Part shown: in pieces, positions 63,903-64,000 of the stretch | How the letters are laid out: the number at the start of each line of letters is the position of its first letter | Position numbering within the stretch: position 1 is the first letter of the stretch | IMG/VR virus record: IMGVR_UViG_3300033463_000104 | Coordinates: 3,819 to 67,818 of that record | Reading direction: 5' to 3' (one strand) | DNA from: a virus | Taxonomy: Duplodnaviria > Caudoviricetes | DNA: 64,000 nt | Notes under the pieces: model-generated | Database searches by the model: none | Told to the model about the DNA's origin: nothing | The model's input: only the letters and a program-made list of their open reading frames with translations | Program-made: the position numbers and the translations under genes

Positions 63903-64000
63903 ATGGACTATCTTCATCTTTATCGGCTTACGAAGCAGGACCTGAAGGACATCATCGCCCTGTACTTTCCGCACTTAGAGGGGAGCCTCTACAAGTGCTC
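63903..64000 (+). CDS. hypothetical protein, truncated by the window end
   Basis: MDYLHLYRLTKQDLKDIIALYF... Confidence 0.5.
   Translation, partial: MDYLHLYRLTKQDLKDIIALYFPHLEGSLYKC

Noticed and set aside
1-64000. Stop-codon reassignment as in some Bacteroidota phages
   Set aside because: Long structural and replication genes are intact under the standard code, and TAG ends several genes at sensible positions.
1-64000. CRISPR array, integrase/att site, rRNA, IS element
   Set aside because: No regularly spaced repeats, recombinase or transposase motifs, or rRNA-like sequence were seen; lifestyle cannot be determined from this window.

Overview
This window is most of a tailed dsDNA phage genome (siphovirus-like), probably infecting Bacteroidota. 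The host is inferred from TAnnTTTG promoter motifs, A-rich translation starts, and BACON-, DUF3127- and DUF2693-like genes. The minus strand (55351 down to 3082) carries dUTPase, primase/helicase, recombination, packaging, head, tail and lysis genes, then a block of unknown genes. The plus strand carries small early-type genes (56201-64000 and 22-3024). The two arms diverge at an AT-rich, repeat-containing region (about 55.4-56.2 kb) and converge at a terminator near 3.04 kb. No integrase, reverse transcriptase or CRISPR array is seen. The most unusual signals are RNA-level: (1) a ~650-nt ORF-free stretch with many long-range helices at 56.6-57.3 kb; (2) a recurring 7-nt loop-loop pairing leader with compensatory changes in front of two HNH genes, with a variant before the helicase; (3) a complete tRNA cloverleaf with a 12-nt anticodon loop. 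Three dispersed glycosyl/phosphotransferase-like genes and Gly/Ser stretches in the capsid and tail tube proteins hint at virion glycosylation. All product calls come from motif recognition by eye; no searches were run.
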